Shown piece by piece: positions 61,591-64,000 of a DNA stretch of 64,000 bases. The stretch's first letter is position 1, and each line of letters starts with the position of its first letter. Source of the DNA: Ramazzottius varieornatus. Lineage: Eukaryota > Animalia > Tardigrada. Location of the stretch: positions 6,609,591 through 6,673,590 of the forward strand of contig BDGG01000001.1 in the NCBI GenBank assembly GCA_001949185.1, in the 5' to 3' direction. The notes beneath the pieces are model-generated. The model was not told the origin of the DNA, ran no database searches, and was given only the letters and a program-made list of their open reading frames with translations. The translations under genes were made by a program, and so were the position numbers.

Positions 61591-63222
61591 GTTTATTTGA
61601 CCTTCGGTCCATATGATTGACTGGAGTGCTCTCCTGCAACAAAGGAGGAGGCGATGCTAATAATCGGGTAATGGTATTCGTGCCTAATTGACATATTGCG
61701 TAGAAGATCCCATATGCATTACCCCGACCGAAGTCGACGGATATCTACAGCTCGTTCACGCCAAGTCGCTACCACCTCTTCATAAAATTCGTGTACATTC
61801 CAGAACGAAACTAAAGTTCTTAATCTAATTCTACATGATCTCCTTCTTGTCCAGCATCTTTTGAACACGACTTTCCCTGGACGAAAGTGATCGACGGATG
61901 ATTCCGAGGTTGAAGTCTGCACACACCCCTTGGAGGACCTTGCTTAGACCCGCTATGGTGGTAACCTTCCGTTCACCTAAAATTTTTTTCAAAATTTCGT
62001 TGATGGCATAATCCAGAGGAGCTAAGTCGGGGCTGTTGGCCATCCAGTGGTAGTGCAGGATGTAGTTCGGATGATTCGCTTCCATCCAGTTTTGCGTCAG
62101 AATCGCCACATGAGACTTTGCACTGTCGAAATGCACCATGACATCCTGCGGATTTTTGAGGTACAGCCGGGGAATGTCCTTTTTCACCATCGGCGACAGA
62201 ACATTGTCCACAATGTACGTAGGGCTTTGACATTCCGTTCCAACATATTCCGATTGCGGCCATGATCTTCTGGGGCCAGTGCTTCACCGGCTTTTTGCGC
62301 CACTCATCTGGCACCTCCAAAACTCCATCCGTGTAGAAATAATCTCCTTCGCTGTTGCAGTCGTCAAGAGTAATCCATGTTTCGTCCATCGTAAAGATTT
62401 TCTTGACTCTGTTACCCCATAGGTATGATATAAACAGCGTTCCGCGTTCATACTTCTGTTTTCTCTGCGCTTCCGTCAGGTGATGAGTCTTCTTCCTCTT
62501 GCGCGCGTTCAATCCCAGATCCCGATGGATGATGTTGCTCACAGCGCCAAGGGAACATCCTAGATTGCGGGAAAACTTCCGATGGGAATCTGGATGCTTT
62601 TTGAGAACTGCTCTCTTCACTTTTTTGGTGGTGTCCTTCGTACGTACCGCAGGGAGGTTTTGCGGAGGGAGTCGTTTCGCCGGTTTGGCCCATCCGATTT
62701 GCTCCTTTCCTTCTTCTCTCATTAGCTTACCGATCGTTTTATAATGGATAGGAGTTCCGAGATCGGCAAGTCGAGATGAAATCTGCTTGTACGACAAACG
62801 TTCGATGTGCACTGCCACGACCACAGCCTTCGTTTCAAAACTAGTTTTCGAACCCAATTCAGAACCGAACTCAACAAGAAATATCTTAAAAGATGCGGCA
62901 TGGAAAATAGAATATGAGCTCAGCTGAGATGATGGAAAAGCAATTACAGGGATTTTTGTTTACAGCCTAGTTTCAGGTGGTAGCGACTTGGCGTGAAGGG
63001 GCTGTATCTGGGTTCCGAGGCAATATGAATTTGTCGACCTGGTACCGTAGATGTTTTTTGGATTCGCCGTAGACTGCCCTCCAACCCGTTCGAAGTCTGC
63101 TGCTCAAAAGCGAAAGTGTGGAAATCATTTCGTCTACTTACGAAAACGGCAACGTTATAGCGTAGAGTTCATGAGGCGCTCTTTGGCCCAGTACAACTTC
63201 ACGTATCCTCCAGGAGAGAAAG
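61591..63222 (+). pseudogene. Fragment of another ANF-receptor paralog, split by the maT element
   Basis: VYLTFGPYD/GVLSCNKGGGDANNR matches VYFAFVPYE..GVMSFEKAGDDNNNQ, and EFMRRSLAQYNFTYPPGEK matches EFTRRSLTDYNFTYPLGEK of the upstream gene. Confidence 0.7.
61748..63004 (-). mobile_element. Tc1/mariner DD37D (maT-type) transposon with a defective transposase (62857-61831)
   Basis: TIRs CAGCTCGTTCACGCCAAGTCGCTACCACC / GGTGGTAGCGACTTGGCGTGAAGGGGCTG, TA TSD; FTMDETW, VHFDSAKSH and WMANSPDLAPLDY with 37 residues between the last two Asp; TTG in place of the start codon and a frameshift near 62215. Confidence 0.92.
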
Positions 63223-63744
63223 TAGGAGTTAAATATTATAACGGATAGATTTTCGTGAGTATTGAATTCGAAACGAGTCATAAGTCATAAGTGCATCGAT
63301 GTTTCCATAGAATATATGTATCCATCGTGCTTCTCAGCCTCCTCATAACACGCTGACAGTCTAACGTATTATTCATTTCATAAAACAACAACCATAGGCT
63401 CATAAATTTTTAAAGTGAGAGCAATTTATAGTGTAAACTCCTATAAATTCACAGCGAACTTGATAGACCTTTTCGTACAAAAAAAACAGAAGAACAGTGG
63501 CACGGACCTGATATGAAATATATTCGTCAAAAAAAACAAAGTCTGAGCACAAAGTCTGGGATCTCAATAAAAGGAAACGCAGACGAAAACGAAAATATTA
63601 ACTCATCGCACAATCAGCATAAAATCCAAAGAACTTACACAAAAAGTCCACCGAAGTAAACGAGAACCGTTCACTCAACCCAACTCAAGAATAAAAACCA
63701 CATACTCGGTCAAACTCTGTACAAAAAAGCAACTGACTTTCACT

Positions 63745-64000
63745 TTACTTTTCGTTGACCGGCCGACAATTCACCAGCCATTCATAAATTCTTGTATTCT
63801 GTTTCATGGACGGCGTCTTCTTCATCACAGCCTCTTTCTGTCCACCAAGAGTCACGGTTTGTCGGGGCGAATCCGGCTCGTCGTCGTCAGTGTCGACAGA
63901 GTTCACCAACTTGATCGCTCCCATGACTGAAACTGACTCTAACGCTTCTTCCTGGTCCTCCTCGTCAGACTCTTCCATGGCATCATCGGACACTTGGACA
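63745..64000 (-). CDS. 3' end of an unidentified gene extending beyond the window
   Basis: Open acidic C-terminal exon ending IYEWLVNCRPVNEK*, followed by AT-rich 3'UTR-like sequence. Confidence 0.55.
   Translation of the reverse strand, partial: VQVSDDAMEESDEEDQEEALESVSVMGAIKLVNSVDTDDDEPDSPRQTVTLGGQKEAVMKKTPSMKQNTRIYEWLVNCRPVNEK

Overview
Eukaryotic (animal) genomic DNA with short GT-AG introns, densely packed genes and many small DNA-transposon derivatives. The compact gene layout and repeated ANF-receptor-like genes suggest a tardigrade-like invertebrate (inference only). Recognisable host genes: the 3' end of a CSN7-like gene, KAT8/MOF, PIG-F, SIRT7, an uncharacterised secreted two-domain Cys-rich protein, an NNMT/PNMT/TEMT-family methyltransferase, MFSD11/UNC93-like, an aminergic (histamine H3-like) GPCR, an SLC16/MCT transporter and two to three ANF-receptor-domain genes with no visible cyclase. 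Mobile DNA: a degenerate intron-containing pogo element, a DD37D (maT) element, many MITEs (hAT, Tc1/mariner and Harbinger types), a TIR element carrying a Ulp1-like protease pseudogene, and a large CACTA/EnSpm-like region at about 35-41 kb. That region is the best candidate for an undescribed system. A decayed transposase is flanked by an uninterrupted chromodomain + RFX-like winged-helix ORF and a divergent BEN-like gene, and a 22-bp-period motif (core ACCCATTCTGGTGCA) recurs at three internal non-coding sites. All domain calls were made by eye from motifs; no database searches were run.
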